From Antedon mediterranea (Eukaryota > Animalia > Echinodermata): 64,000 bases of DNA. The notes under the pieces were generated by a model. The model was not told where the DNA came from. It searched no databases and worked only from the letters and a program-made list of their open reading frames with translations. This document shows, piece after piece, positions 62,990 to 64,000 of the stretch. Position 1 is the stretch's first letter. Each line of letters opens with the position of its first letter. Both the position numbers and the translations under genes were made by a program. The stretch spans positions 12,336,352 through 12,400,351 of the forward strand of contig NC_092678.1 of assembly GCF_964355755.1 (NCBI RefSeq). Reading direction: 5' to 3'.

Positions 62990-63907
62990 TAGAAGAGGAA
63001 AATAAGAAACTAAAGAGAAAACTGAGCGAAATGAGTATTAAGGTTAGCGACCTCACAATTGACATTTCAAAACCAAATACAGTAGAAACCGAATCAAATG
63101 ATGGAAGTAAATCTCATATTATTGGTCACTACATTCTTCATGAAAATTTTTCATCATCACACACCGCTATAATGGTGAAACGAGGCGCTACTATAAATGG
63201 TATAACAGATGAACTAAAAGAAAATACCGATCTAAAAAAAATACTCAAATATCATCATACACGGAGAAACGAATGACATATCAAATGGAAAAGATATTGA
63301 ATCAATCGTATTTGAAGTGGAAGACGCCATCACATTCATTATGATTCGAGAACAAAATATATTCATTTACATATCAGCGGTATGTTCAAGGGACACAAAT
63401 ATTGAGGAGGTAGAGATGTTAAACAAACTCTTAGAGGAATTATCAAAGAGACTTGACTGTGCTTTTATTGATATATCGCCAACTTGTACCTATAAATGCG
63501 GATCGATAGATAGCTCAATCTTGACTGATGATCTTCACCTATCATCGGCTGGATCGACGAAAACAGCAAATTGTTTTAAAAATGCCACCCCTTCCATAAA
63601 TCTTGACTTGAAAAAGAAGCTGGCATGGCGACAGATGAAAAATAAACACTGCAATGCACATATAAATCAACAAAGACAACGACAAAACAGAAACAACACG
63701 CACATGTCAGTAAGAAATACACATCAACCAAGAAACAATGGACGACATCAAAACAAAAGCTTGACAAATAAAACTTGCTTGAAGTGTGGACTGTCAAATA
63801 ATCGCGCTAATGAATGTTACTACAAGAAAGGCCTGGTATGTAGATCATGTGAAGAAATGGGACATAAGGCAAGATACTGTGTAAATAATGTGAATTTTTC
63901 AGATTAA
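62990..63907 (+). mobile_element. Frameshifted retroelement ORF1-like remnant: coiled coil, SGNH esterase-like domain, two zinc knuckles
   Basis: LEEENKKLKRKL; RGATINGI; ISAVCSR; DDLHLSSAGS (DxxH block); CLKCGLSNNRANEC and CRSCEEMGHKARYC. Frame break near 63265-63276. Confidence 0.68.
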
Positions 63908-64000
63908 GATTTTTATTATAATAGGCCTAAATTTTATTTTAATTCAATTTGATTTACTTATAACGACGCAAATCATCATCTTGACGGTGAGATCACGAAT

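Overview
AT-rich eukaryotic (invertebrate-type animal; taxon not determinable here) genomic DNA. Three host loci can be reconstructed by hand. (1) A 36-exon plexin gene on + (1937-28710, ~1890 codons; signal peptide-Sema-PSI-IPT-TM-GAP/RBD). It carries one in-frame TAA at 17131-17133 in a skippable ectodomain exon, and its GAP domain lacks all three conserved arginines. (2) A convergent minus-strand gene whose six 3' exons (C-type lectin, Cys-rich module, C-terminal domain; 32680-29978) are intact, while its 5' exons are degenerate and split by a LINE. (3) A two-exon, divergent NK2-like homeobox gene with an eh1/TN-like motif (43579-37878, minus). Introns and intergenic DNA are crowded with non-autonomous elements: four copies of a Helitron family (one with its empty site visible), nested Helentron/HINE elements, hAT-, IS3EU- and Sola-type MITEs, LINE and Gypsy remnants, a tRNA-like 367-bp tandem plus fold-back array, and an 8.9-kb foldback element with ~3.4-kb inverted arms and a 7-bp TSD. 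Exon boundaries and family assignments come from manual reading and motif recall, not from database searches.
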